Shown one piece after another: positions 25,905 through 38,571 of a DNA stretch of 64,000 nt; the first letter of the stretch is position 1, and each line of letters begins with the position of its first letter. A program made the translations under genes and the position numbers. The stretch lies in assembly GCF_006345805.1 (NCBI RefSeq), contig NC_043006.1:84568001-84632000 (forward strand). Direction: 5' to 3'. The DNA comes from Octopus sinensis (taxonomy: Eukaryota). The notes under the pieces were generated by a model. It was not told the origin of the DNA, searched no databases, and saw nothing but the letters and a program-made list of their open reading frames with translations.

Positions 25905-26300
25905 GGCAGAGGGAGGAGAGGAGGAAGTAAGCTTGGGAACGTTGGTAGTCAAGTGAGTGGAGGAGGGACCGGGTCGAATGGATGGTGGCACTGATGAGGA
26001 GGCGGGAAGTGCGGGCGAGGGTGGGCTCGATGAAGAGGGAGGAATATGGAGTAGCGTGGAACTTCAAGAGGAAGCCACGGGGTGTGGCGTGATGGCGGAG
26101 GCAACGGCTAAGAAAAGAGAGATTGCTAGAATGTCGAGGTTTTTAAAAAGGCAAGTGAGTTTTTTTTTTGCGGGTTGCAAGCAATGGGGATGGAAAAGAG
26201 GAAAGAAAACTGTAAAGAAGGGATTGAAGTTGCTGGAGGAAGGAGTAGAGGTCAGGCATGGTGAGAGGGTGTGAATGTCGGTGTAGGTTTTATTGGTGGC
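25905..26300 (-). pseudogene. Probable Penelope-like element ORF N-terminal relic
   Basis: Across a frameshift reads FLSRCLRHHATPRGFLLKFHA...LARTSRLLISATI, resembling recalled PLE N-termini (FL..CL....P.G..I.F). Pyrimidine-rich coding strand. Confidence 0.5.
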
Positions 26301-26479
26301 GACAAGAAGGAAAAGAGAAAGAGAAAAGGGGAGGAGAGTAGAAGTAGAACAGAACATAGGTAGAAGGACGAGAATTTTGCCAATGATGTATGTTTTGATT
26401 TCAAGTTTATTGACAGGAAAGTACCAAGTCAAATCCCTTTGAGCAACTTATCAACATCGAGCGAATTTGATGGAAAAAG

Positions 26480-26625
26480 TGAAGAGTAACATACTTCGTC
26501 AGGTTGCCCTATCGAAATAAATGTCACAGCAAGCGTGCACCACTCTCATTTAGAGAATACATTTTCACAAGCACGAGAGCTTTCAATATGTAACACATCA
26601 AATATCATTCTCGAAGGCCCAATAT
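26480..26625 (-). mobile_element. Putative PLE pseudo-LTR piece with half a hammerhead
   Basis: Minus strand CAAC-CTGACGA-A-GTATG at 26496-26502 lies upstream of the putative PLE ORF; the GAAA half is absent. Confidence 0.4.
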
Positions 26626-27735
26626 ATATATAGTGAAACAGTTATATTTCAAATGAAACACGAATAGAGATTTGATAGAGGTGAATATTCCAGGTTGGGT
26701 TGTAGATCCATTTGAAGCAAAAACAGCTGATGTTGACAGTAAATTCTTGGAAGTAGGGTCTCGTTGAGTTTCAAAATGAGGAAGCAGCGAAAGCGAGATT
26801 CAAATCCGACAAAAAAAATTCATAGTAAAATACAAACAAAATTCATAGTAAAAATTGCTAGAAGTTTCCATATCTCTGGAAGAAAGTTAATATATATTTT
26901 ATTATATTTTATCTTGTTGAATGTGGCTTTAGCTGTTTGACTTATCTACTGTCAAAAGCTTGAAACTACCTTGATGATATAAGGGGAGGTGATCTTTAGC
27001 AGTAACACCGATTACAGGTGGATGAGGATAAGCATGGGATTGTATCATCAACAGAGCTGATTCTGAATAAAGTGACAATTTTGTCAGAACGTGGAACAAA
27101 TATTGTGCATTAATTTTTATCGATGACTACGCCAATCTTAGTTCAAATCCTGCCGAGGTCACCATTAACTTTTTATCCTTTCATAGTTGATAACATAGAA
27201 TAGGAAAACAGTTCAGAGTAGTGACTGGTGAAACTATCTGTTGCTACTGCTGTCTCAGTTTCATTCCCTCCCTTCCTCTTTATTTCTTTGTCACTTGTCT
27301 ATCGTCTCTCTCTCTTCCGCTTTCTTTTCTGCCTCCTTCTGACTTCTTCGTTCAGCTGTCATGATCTATTAGCTTTCTTTCCCCTTTCAGTATGCCCAGC
27401 GACTGCATAGATTTCCCATCTTGCTGCTATTATTCACATTTGCTCAGTGGTATCGTCTTAAAAGTGTCGAAACTATGAAAAGCCTAAGGTAGGCAGCTGA
27501 AAGAGGTGACATTTTGTTTGGTGTATGTTCTCATAGATTATGCCTAATGCCTCCCACATACACACGCTCACACACACACGCTCACACACACATACACAAA
27601 CACACACACTCTCTCTCTCTATATATATATATAGAGAGAGAGATAGAGATAGAGACAGAGACAGAGAGAGAGACAGAGATAGACAAGCAAGCAGACAGAC
27701 AGACAGACAGAGAGGAGACAGATAGATACATACAT

Positions 27736-27767
<32 letters not shown>

Positions 27768-27807
27768 GCAGATAGACAGACAGACATAGATAGATAGAGA
27801 CAGACAA

Positions 27808-27894
<87 letters not shown>

Positions 27895-28289
27895 TGTATG
27901 TATGCATGCGTGTATATTTATGCATATACATGTACACACAAATGCAAATTAAATAGCTAGTGGTGTATTCGTTGTAACAACTGAGAGCCTTGTTTTATGC
28001 CTCCCCGAATATATGACTAGTACTTAAATGTTTCGTGCCAACGAAAGACGAAAGGAAATTTTCAAAAATCATCGATATAGCTTGAACTCGGCACACAACG
28101 TGCAAAACTAAAACATCTGTACCCTGAGCTATTGGTTTCCTACCGGTCAGCTGCAATACCAGTAATACAATACCGTCTTGGTACCAGTAATATATTCTCA
28201 TTACGTCAATTAGAGTTTATATGTTAAATAGTCTCTTCGTCAATCATTTCAATCGCTGACAGTGGAAAGACATTGATATTAATCCACAA

Positions 28290-28376
28290 CAGTAGTAGTA
28301 GTAGTAGTAGTAGTAGTTGTTGTTGTTGTTGTTGTTGTTGTAGTTCCTGTTATCATCATTGTGCTGATGGTAGTAG

Positions 28377-28408
<32 letters not shown>

Positions 28409-28543
28409 ATTGTTTTTGTTATCGCTGTTGATGAGGTAGTAGCGATGGTAGTAGTTGTGCTGGTTGTTGTAGTAGTAGTGGTTGTAGTGGTGAGGATGAA
28501 AGTAGAAGTAGCAGCAGCAGTAGTAGTAGTAGTAGTAGTAGTT

Positions 28544-28588
<45 letters not shown>

Positions 28589-29240
28589 TAGCATTAAATG
28601 ATGGTGATGCCGAGTAGGAGAGGACGCTCGTGCAGTAACATCAACAGCAGCAACAGCAGCAAGACCACCACCAGCAGAAACAGCACTGCAGCAGCAGTAA
28701 CAACACCAGTTGCAACAGCAGCATTATCGTATCCAAATCTGCAACAACAGCAATACCATCAGGTACAGAAGCAGGAGCATTATCAACAAAACCAACAGCA
28801 GCATCAGCAGCAACAGCAGTAGTGTGAGGAGCAATATCTGCAGTGAGACCAGTAGCAGCAGCAGCAGTAATAGTAGCAGCAGCAGCAGTAGTTTTGTTTA
28901 TAAAGCAGTGGTGAAATTAATTCATAAATTCATAAAAAATCTGCTGCTACTGTCATTATTGTTGTTGTCGTTTGGTCATGATGGTGGTGGTGGTGGTGGT
29001 GGTGGTGGTGGCATCGGCGGTGATTGTGGTACTGACAGTGGCGGAGTAGGTGGTCTGGGTGAAGGAGAGGTGGTGATGATCGCGGTGGTGGTGACAGTGA
29101 TGGTGATAGAAGCATCGTTAAGGGTGGTGTTGGTGATGATAACGACGACGATGATGTTGATGATTATGATGATGATGATGGTGGTGGTGGTGGTGGTGGC
29201 GAAGAAGAAGTTGGTTGGTAGTGGAGTGTGGTTGTCGGTA
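28290..29240. repeat. Mosaic trinucleotide region (GTA/GTT, CAG/CAA, GGT/GAT); continues at 29420-29820 and 34860-35800
   Basis: Read directly. Confidence 0.9.
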
Positions 29241-29252
29241 TTTCGTGGTAGT

Positions 29253-29407
29253 TCAAATTCCGCCGAGGTCGACTTTGACTTTCATCCTTTCGGGGTCGAT
29301 TAAGTAAGTACCAGTTACGCACTGGGGTCGATATAATCGACTTAATCCGTTTGTCTATCCTTGTTTGTCCTTTCTGTGTTTAGCCCCTTGTGGGCAGTAA
29401 AGAAATA
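29253..29407 (+). mobile_element. 5'-truncated SINE A flanked by a 16-bp direct repeat
   Basis: GGTATTTCGTGGTAGT at 29237-29252 and 29408-29423. Confidence 0.85.
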
Positions 29408-30031
29408 GGTATTTCGTGGTAGTATTGGTGGTTGTGAAGGTTGTGGTGGAGCCGGTACACATGATGGTGGTGGTGATGGTGACGGTGGTAGTGGAGCAGG
29501 CTGTGGCGCTACAGGAGGTGGCGGCGGCAGCGGTGGCGGTTGTGGTGGTGGTGGTGGTGGTGGTGGTGGAGGTGCTGAAGTAGTAGAGGAGGCGATGGCG
29601 ACGGCGATAAAAGCAATGATGGCGACAGCGGCGCCAGTGTTGGTGACAATACACTTGCTGCAACAGTTGCTATAGTTGCAGCAACTAGTGGTGCTGCTAC
29701 TATTGCTGCTGCTGCTTCTGCTGCTGCTGTTGCAGCTGCTACCGTTGCTGCTGTTGCTGTTATTTAGTTGCTCTTCCAGTTACTGCTGCGGCTGCTGCTG
29801 CTGCTACTGATGATGATGATGTTTAACTTCAGACTATTATATCTGATCCGGGAGACGATCTGCAATGAAAGATATTCCACCTCCAAGGCCGTCGACGCTT
29901 TAATGTTTCAGAAACAATGTTTACCTAGGACTACGTTAACCAACAAGTGCTACTATATATATATATTTAAAGACGGAATTGTGCGATTAGAGGGAGATTT
30001 GGCTGCTATTTCTACCAGGCTTTCTCATATT

Positions 30032-30461
30032 CTTTTCTACTCTAGGCACAAGGCCCAAAATTTTGGGGGAGGGAGCCAGTCGATCAGATCGACCCCAGCA
30101 CGCCACTGGTACTTAATTCATCGACCCCGAAAGGATGAAAGGCAAAGTCGACCTCGGTGGAATTCGAACTTAGAACGTAAAGACAGACGAAACACCGCTA
30201 AGCAGTTCGCCCGGCGTGCTAACGTTTCTTGTTTCTTTATTACCTACAAGGGGCTAAACATAGAGGGGACAAACAAGGACAGACGAAGGGATTAAGTCGA
30301 TTACAGCGAACCCAGTGCGTAACCGGTACTTAATTTATCGACCCTGAAAGGATGAAAGGCAAAGTCGATCTCGGCGGGATTTGAACTGAGAACGTAACGG
30401 CAGACGAAACACCGTTAAGCATTACGCCCGGCGCACTAACGATTCTGCCAGCTCGCCACCT
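30032..30461 (-). mobile_element. Dimeric SINE A (tail-1 unit followed by tail-2 unit) with a target-site duplication
   Basis: Units 30229-30460 and 30041-30228 are joined at an AGAAAC microhomology; CAGGCT(TT/CC)CTCATATT at 30016-30031 and 30462-30477. Confidence 0.85.
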
Positions 30462-30814
30462 CAGGCTCCCTCATATTTGTTTATTAGCATTTCATAGTAA
30501 TTGTTAATGGTTGCTGTTAATGGTTGCTGTTAATAACGCTTCTGTTGTTATTGTTGTTGCTGTTATTGTTTAATTTCAGGTTAGCTCTGATCGCTCCACC
30601 CGTGACCATCCCAACATCTTGATATAGCTTGGACTATTGATATAGTAAGAAACGCATATCTTCATTTTGTTTTCTAAAAGACTGCCCATTGGTTGATAGA
30701 GTTTGATAAGAGGGAAATGTGGCTGCTACTTCGGGAAGGTCGAAGGATCACATACAGGTGCTCCCGTTGGATTTGCTTCCTCGTTATTGTGGTTGCTAGT
30801 CTTGCTGTTGCTGA

Positions 30815-31750
30815 TGTTGCTGCTGTGCTGCTGATGCACGTGTCATTATTGCCGTTACTGTTGCTGATTTTGCAATTATTGCTGCGGCTACCTATCAACG
30901 CTGTTGTATTACTGCTGTAGTTTCCGTTCTGCGTGTTGCTGCTGTTTCCTATATTACTGCTGTAGTTGCTGTTGCATACGTTGCTGATGTTACCTATATT
31001 GCTGCTGTAGTTTCTGCTCTGCGTTTTGCTGCGTGTGTTGCTGCTGTTGCCTATATTACTGCTGTTATTGATGCTGTTGATGCTGCACTTGTTGGTGCTG
31101 TTGCTGATGTTGCCTATATTACTGCTGCTGTTGACGCTGCACATGTTGCTGCTGTTGCCTATATTACTGCTGTTATTGATGCTGTTGATGCTGCACTTGT
31201 TGGTGCTGTTGCTGATGTTGCCTTTATTACTGCTGCTGTTGACGATGCACATGTTGCTGCTCTTGCTGCTGCTGTTGATTCTTCACATGTTGCAGCTGTT
31301 GCCTATATTACTGCTGTTATTGCTGCTGTTGACGCTGTACATGTTGCTGATGTTGCCTATATTACTGATGCTATTGCTGCTGTTGATGCTGCACCTGTTG
31401 GTGTTGTTGCTGATGTTGCCTATATTACTGCTGTTGTTGCTGCTGCACATGTTGTTGCTGCTGTTGCCTATATTATTGCTGTTGCTTACATTACTGTAGT
31501 TGCTGCTGCTGTTGATGCTGCACTTGTTGCTTATTCTACTGCTTCTGCAACCGTTGACGATACTGTTGCTGATGCTGCTACGGTTAGTCCTGTTGCAGCG
31601 ATTTCTCTCGTACTTACTGCTACTATCATCACCATTGCTGCTGATGTTCTTCCAGCTGCGCATGTTACCGCTACACATACCATTGTTGCTACAGCAGTTA
31701 ATATTACTGTTCCTGATGCACTAGATGCAGTACCTCTTTTCTACCCTTAA
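30815..31750. repeat. Trinucleotide-derived minisatellite with a 108-bp higher-order unit (63+45 bp)
   Basis: Recurring GTTGCCTATATTACTGCT motif; the 36-aa periodicity is visible in the minus ORF 30674..31252. Confidence 0.85.
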
Positions 31751-31911
31751 CGCTGCTGCACAAATTGCTGCTGCTGTTGCTACCATTGTTGCTGCTGTAG
31801 TCACATCAGCAAGTCCACTTGTTGCTGCTACTGCTGCTGCTGCTGTTGCCTATATTATTGCTGCCGCTACCGTCGACGTTGCTGCTGCTGCTGTTGATGT
31901 TGTTGTTGCTG

Positions 31912-32273
31912 TTGAGCGTTTCGGTCTTCGTCCCTTAGTAGGGGAAATCCGAAACGTGGTCCTTTGCTATTCGTAAGACCCACAGAAGGGAAAGCAGGTC
32001 AACCCCCGACACCGAGAGCATCGACGGATGGATGAATGCGCATCCAGGCTCAGCGGTTGTGTAGGAAGTCGGGGACAAGAAACAGGAAGAAAGAGTGAGA
32101 GAAAGTTGGGGTGAAAGAGTACAACAGGGGTCGCCACCACCTCCTGCCGGAGCCTCGTGGAGCTTTTAGGTGTTTTCGCTCAATAAACACACACAGCGCC
32201 CGGTCTGGGAATCGAAACCGCGATCCTCCGACCGCGAGTCCGCTGCCCTAACCATTGGGCCGTTGCGCCTCCA
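31912..32273 (-). mobile_element. SINE family D (tRNA-like head TGGAGGCGCAACGGCCCAATGGTTAGGGCAGCGGACTCGCGG)
   Basis: A/B-box-like head, unique body and an (AAC)-type tail. Confidence 0.85.
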
Positions 32274-32517
32274 CTGCTGCTGCTGGAGTTCATCCTATTG
32301 CAGCAGTTTCTCCTGTTCTTATTACTGTTGCACAAATTACTGCTGCTGTCACAAATGTTGCTGATGCAGTCTCTGCTGCACTTGTTGCTGCGTGCTGTTG
32401 ACGTTACTATTGCTCATATTACTACAGTCTGTGTTGCTACAGTATTCTTTTTACTTGTATTGATGCTGTACAAATTACTGCTGCGGTGCATTTTTGTTGT
32501 AGCCCCTACGTCTCATA

Positions 32518-32730
32518 CGAGAGGGTACCGAAAAGTTCCTGGCTTTAAGGGTAACTTGAAAGGCCTACTCGGAGGCCCAACCTTCCGAGTTCTTTTACAG
32601 GGCTTAGGAAAACCGAAGGACCGCTGCAATGAATGTGTGAATCTGAGAGGGGAATATCGTAAATAAAAGCATAACTGATCTACCTGTATTTTCTTTCATC
32701 CATCGCCAGGAACTTTTCAGCACACCCTTG
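32518..32730 (+). mobile_element. Mariner-derived MITE, complete (213 bp)
   Basis: Terminal inverted repeats CGAGAGGGTACCGAAAAGTTCCTGGC / GCCAGGAACTTTTCAGCACACCCTTG with TA on both sides. Confidence 0.88.
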
Positions 32731-33724
32731 TATTGCTTTTCCAGTAATATGCGAAAGGACTGAATACTCTTATGATCAAAACAGTAGAATGTGCATTGAG
32801 GGAGTTTGGCTGCTATATCTAACAATATTCACGCAATCATATCTTCTTTTATCTTAACCTGTTTCAGTCATTGGACAGCGGCTATACTGGAGCACCACCT
32901 CGAAGGGTTTTAGTTGAACAAATCGACCCCAGTGCATAATTTCTTTTTAAGTCCGGTACTTATTCTAGCCGTCAATTTGCTGCAAACCAACATTAGTTGT
33001 TAAGCATGTATGTGTATGTGTTCGACGGGCTTCTGCACAGTTTCTGTCTACCAAATTCAATTGGTCAGCCCGGGACTACAGTAGAAGACACTTGCCCAAG
33101 ATGTCACGCAGTTGGCCAAAACTCGAAACCGCGCGGTTGGAAAGCGACCTTCTTAACCACATCGCCAAGCTTGCGATTATAGCATATGGGTGTTAATGCT
33201 GATGTTAGAATTTGTTTTGTGCTGTTTTATATTTTAATCAGGAAGGAAAGACAGCGTCCATCACTCTGACACTGGTAGGAAAGAATGAAGGTATCGTGAA
33301 ACAGGAGACCCAGCACGAGTGCTTACATCTGATCAACAACCGCTAAAGTTACCCAAGGTGCCGGATAATGGTGTCAAACCGAAGGGACGGATTAAATCTA
33401 TCGCCCAACTTGCTACTGTTTTTAATTGATGCTTCATTGTTGCTGTTAATTATTGTTGCCCTTGTTGTTATTAAGGTGAGTGAAATTTCGGCTCATGATC
33501 ATAAAGCCGTGCGTTCGATTCCTGGACTAGGATGGGAGGTGCGTTGTGTTTTTGAGCAAAGCTCATTATTTCACGTTCTTTCAGTCTACTCAACTGAAAA
33601 TGAGTAGCGGCCGTAATGCTGGTTCAGCCCTCCCTCACCTTCCAGATGTCACACCCTCGATGTTCCCCCATATCAAAGGCTGGAGAGCTGGCCGTGTTCC
33701 CATGTCTATTCACAACTACACAGG

Positions 33725-33980
33725 TGGAGGCGCGTGACTTAGTGGTTAGGGTGTTGCACTCATGATCATGAGACTGTGGTTTCGATTCCTGAACCGGGCG
33801 ACGCGTTGTGTTCTTGAGCAAAACATTTCATTTCACGTTGCTCCAGTCCGCTCAGCTGGCAAACATGAGTAATTCTACGATGGACCGGCGTCCCGTCCAA
33901 GTGGGGAATTCATATGTCATGAAACCGGAAAACCGGCCCGTATGAGTCGTTATGACTCGAGAATGTAACGTTACCTTTTT
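33725..33980 (+). mobile_element. SINE family E, full length
   Basis: tRNA-like head, core TTCTTGAGCAAAACATTTCATTTCACGTTGCTCCAGTCC, and a tail shared with family C (GGACCGGCGTCCCGTCCA). Confidence 0.8.
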
Positions 33981-34403
33981 TTTACTACAGCTACACTAGC
34001 ACTAAGACGATTAGTGAAAGCATAGGACAAGCCGCCAACTCATTCTCGCTTGCGAGAGATGGCTAAGCTTCTTGTTCATATTGTTTGGGTGTTGTTGTTG
34101 CTAAGGCTAGAGCTGCTGTTGCTTTTGCTTTTGCTATTGTTGCTATTGTTGCTGCAGCTTAGGGCGATGAATTGGCAGAATTGTTAGAGTGACTGATAAG
34201 ATACTTTGCAGTATTTGTTCCCACCGTCGACGTTCTAAGTTCAAATCCCACCGAAGCAATTTTACATCTCATCCTTTCAGGATCGATAAAATAAAGTACC
34301 AATCCAGTACTGGCTCCGATGGTATCGACTAATACCCCTCCTAAATTGCTGGTCTTTTGCCTACATTAGAATATATTATTGTTGTTGGTTAATCCACCTA
34401 TAT

Positions 34404-34708
34404 GGAGGCACATGGCCTAGTGGTTAGAGCAGCGGACTCGGGGTCGAGGGATCGCGGGTTCGAATCTCAGACCGGGCGAAACACCTAAGCCCCACGCTTA
34501 TGAGCGAAACACCTAAGCTCCGCGTGGCTCCGGCAGAAGGTAATGGCGAACTTCTGCTGAATCTTTCGACACAACTTTCACTCTTTCCTCCTGCATCTTG
34601 CAGCTCACCTGCGACGGACTGACGTCCCGTCCAGGTGGGGAACCTATACGCCAAGGAAACCGGGAAACCAGCCCTTATGAGCCAGGCGTGATTCGAGAAG
34701 GAACAAAC
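34404..34708 (+). mobile_element. SINE family C with a 14-bp target-site duplication
   Basis: AATCCACCTATATG at 34391-34404 and 34709-34722; homologous to 47876-48183. Confidence 0.92.
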
Positions 34709-36770
34709 AATCCACCTATATGTTCTGGGTTCGAATTCTGTTGAGGTCGACTTTACTTTTCATCCTCTCAGGGTCGATAAAATAATTACCAGCTGAGCGC
34801 TGAAGCCGATGTAAGAGATTAGCCCCCTCTCTCAAAATTTCAGGCCTTGTGCCTACGGCAGAAAGGATTATTGCTGTTGTTGTTACTCTTCCTGTTGTAG
34901 ATATTTCTGCTTCTACAGTTGCTGTTATTAGTGTGTTATCACCGCTGTTGCTACGGTTATTGCAAACGTTGCGAACGCTGCTGTTCTTGCAATTGCCGAT
35001 GCTAACGTTGTTGCTATTGCTGTTGTATTTTATTATTGTTGTTACCGTTGTTGCTGTTGCTCTCGTTGTTGCTGTTGTGGTTTTTGCTGCTGCTAACGTT
35101 GTTGCTACTACTGTTGCTATTTTGTTAATGCAGCTGTTGTTGTTGTTGTCATCGTCGTCGTTGTTGTTGTTGCTGTTGTTGTTGATATTGATTTCATTGC
35201 TATTTCTGTTGTTGCTATTAAGACAGTGGATCCTTTTGATGTTGCTACTGTTGTCGCTGTGAAAACAACTATCGTTGCGAGCGCTGCTGATGTTGCTACT
35301 GCTGTTGTTGTTTCTGTTCTTGCAAGAGTTAATAATAGTGACAGTGATGATAATAATGATGGTGATGATGATGATGATGACGATGATGGTGATGATAACG
35401 ACGACCACAACGACGACGATGATGCTGCAAGAAAAAGAGGATGGTGTCGATGATGATGGTGGTGGTGTTGGTGGTAGTGGTGGTAGTGTTGGTGGTAGTG
35501 GTGGTGGTGTTGGTGGTGTTGGTGGTGGTGTTGGTGGTGGTGTTGGTGGTGGTGGTGGTAGTGTTGGTTGTGATGATGATGATGGTTGGTGGTGCTGCTG
35601 CTGATAGTGATGGTAACGGTGGTGGTGGTGGTAGTGGTGATGGTGTTGGTGCTGGTGGTGGTGGCGATGATGATGATGATGATGAAGACGGTAGTTGGTG
35701 GTGGTGATGATGATGGTGGTGGTGGTGGAGGTGCTGCTGCTGCTGATAATGGCGGCGGTGGTGATACTTAATGAATAGAAGGAGGCTGATCCTACGGCTG
35801 ATGATGATGATAGTGATGGTGATTGTGATTGTGCTTATTATGTGTAATGTTAAAAAAAATTATCGATACTTTTGTCCTTCCAATTTTTTTTTTTTTTTAA
35901 AGTGGTTTGAGGAAGATTTCGCTACTCTTTCTAGAAGCAAATTAACCAAGCAGTTTCCTCGTTGTTGGCTTACTGCTGTTATCGTAGTAAATTCTGTTGC
36001 AGCTGTTTTTTATTGTTCTTGTTGCTATTGTTACAGCTATTTCTGCCACCGTTGTTGTAGTTGTTGTTGTTTAAGCGCAGATCGGTTTTGATCGGACAGA
36101 CATGCTATGAAAGGCATTCCAACCGTGACCATTTCACCTTTTGTCTTCATGTATACCAAGGACTTTATTATCCGGTGTATGTGCTTTACTTAAGATGATA
36201 GGATACGATTTGGCTGCTATTTCTAGTTTGCAGATCGACCGTGTAGATGACCCACTGTGTAGCTACAGTTGTTTATAATGTAAACGTACCTAACGGTAGT
36301 TGTTGCTGTTGTTGATGTTGTTAAAATTCCAGTCGTTGCTGCTGCAACTAATGTTTTGCTCCAACTGAGCCCTAATGAAACAGACGCTCCAGCCGTGATC
36401 ATCCAGTCTTTCTTTCTATATTAAGACTACGTTTTATTTTTCATAAAAAGCCATCTGCTACGGTGATAGTGATGATTGTTGTGGGGTATTTAGTTGTAGG
36501 TATGTTATGATTTGAGGGATATTGCACTCCTATTTGAAGTAGATCAAACAATCACGAAAAGGCTTCGCTATTAGCTTACTGCTGACGTTGCAACTGTAGC
36601 TATTGTCGCTGTTGTTACAGATGTTGTTATTACAACTATAACTATTTTTGCTGTTATTACTTATGATGTTTACTGTGCTTTTAGAAACTACATTTACTAT
36701 TGTTGCCGCTACTAGTTCTGTTGTAGTTTTTTTTTTTTTGTGATGTTGGTTCTGCTGTTGACACTGTTGC

Positions 36771-37425
36771 ACTCTACTGCCAGGGCAAGACCAGGTTTTG
36801 GTCACGAATTGGAGCGTCAATCTTAGGAATGAGCAAGTGTCTCCGCTGTGCAGCATCTGAAATAGAGTGGACGAAACCATTGCCCATATCACGAACGAAT
36901 GTCCTAGGCTTGCCCAAAACTACCCCAAGTCGTGGAGACACGATCAGGTAGCGAAAGTGCTACATTGGAAACTGTGTGAAAAGTGGGGGATAGAGAGAGG
37001 CAAGACGTAAAATGAGCACAAACCGCAGGGAGTGGCGGAGTCGGAAACCTGCAAAATCCTCTGGGATTTCCCAATCCAAACAGATCAGGTATTAGGGCAT
37101 AAAAGACTGGACCTAGTGGTGGTCGACAAGATTCACTACATTTGCTATATAGTTAATGTTACGTGCTCCTTTGACCCCAAAATGATCAATAAGCAAGGCG
37201 AAAAAAAGATAAATACAACCACCTTAAGTACGAAATAACACGGCTATGGAAGATGAAGAAGGTGAAGATAATGCCAATTATTGTTGAGTCTTTAGAAACA
37301 GTATCAGGGTCCTTGGGAACAGATAGTTGAAAAGAACAGATGGCATGGTACCGTAGGCTGCAGGAAGCAAGCCCGCTACGCATGTACGACCCAGGAGTTC
37401 CAGCAAAATTTGCGATGAAAAGAAA
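36771..37425 (+). mobile_element. Second R4/Dong-clade LINE 3' relic
   Basis: GQDQVL, PLC...DETIAHITNECPRLAQ, RHDQVAKVLHWKLC, KILWDFPIQTDQVLGHKRLDLVVVDK, KYNHLKYEITRLWKMKKV: CCHC knuckle plus PD-(D/E)xK nuclease region, followed by (AAT)n at 37426-37440. Confidence 0.88.
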
Positions 37426-37440
37426 AATAATAATAATAAT

Positions 37441-37592
37441 CCTTTCTATCATAGGCTCAAGGCCAGAAATTTTATGAGAGGAGACTAGTCAATTATATCG
37501 AGCCCAGTGCTCAGCTAGTACTTAATTTATCGACCTCGAAAGGATGAAAAGCAAAGTCAACCTCGTAGGAATTTGAACTCAGAACGTAAAGA
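37441..37592 (-). mobile_element. SINE family A (tail type 2), head truncated
   Basis: Core and tail-2 motifs. Confidence 0.8.
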
Positions 37593-37611
37593 TGAATTAT
37601 ATACAAATAAT

Positions 37612-37653
<42 letters not shown>

Positions 37654-37691
37654 ACACACACATATATATATATACATATATATGTATGTAC

Positions 37692-37722
<31 letters not shown>

Positions 37723-38389
37723 CATACATATATACATACAGATATACATACATATATACATACATATATACATACAGATATATATATATACACATACATA
37801 TATACATATACACACACACATGTAAATATATATATGTACAGATATATGTATATATGTGTGTGTGTGGGTGTGTGTGTATGTGTACGTGTGTGTATTTGCA
37901 CGTGTATAAAGGAAAGTGTGGTATATAGAGAGTTCAGTATGAGCCCACGGTATTCATCTTAAAGGCCGTAGAAGAAAAGCCACCAAGCGTGACACAGGTA
38001 TGTATATGATTTGTGTATGGTTAGTGTAAGGAAGCGGTCGAGAATGAGGGAGGAGGGTTGTGCATGAAATCGATTTTTCGTTCACCACACACACACACAC
38101 ACATATATATACAGAGAGAGAGACAGAGACAGAGACAGAGAAAGAGACAAAAGTGTGTGCGCATATCTGAGTATGTGTGTGCATATCTATGTGAGTGTGT
38201 GTGTGTGTATGTGTGTGTGTGTGCGTGTGCGTGCGTGTATGTATGTGCGAGTGTGTGTGAAGATATAGCGTAGATAATGGAGAAGCTCACGTGCTCTCTG
38301 TGTGATTTACCTGTAGAACTGGTCTGCTGTCACTGTATAGTTTACACACACACCACACACACACACACCACACACACACACACACACAC

Positions 38390-38433
<44 letters not shown>

Positions 38434-38459
38434 AGTACATATAAATGTATATATGTATG

Positions 38460-38571
<112 letters not shown>

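Noticed and set aside
34404-34480. tRNA-like sequences at SINE heads (also 7128, 13913, 32200, 33725, 47876)
   Set aside because: They have A/B-box-like motifs but no complete cloverleaf that I could build, and they continue into SINE bodies with tails and TSDs.
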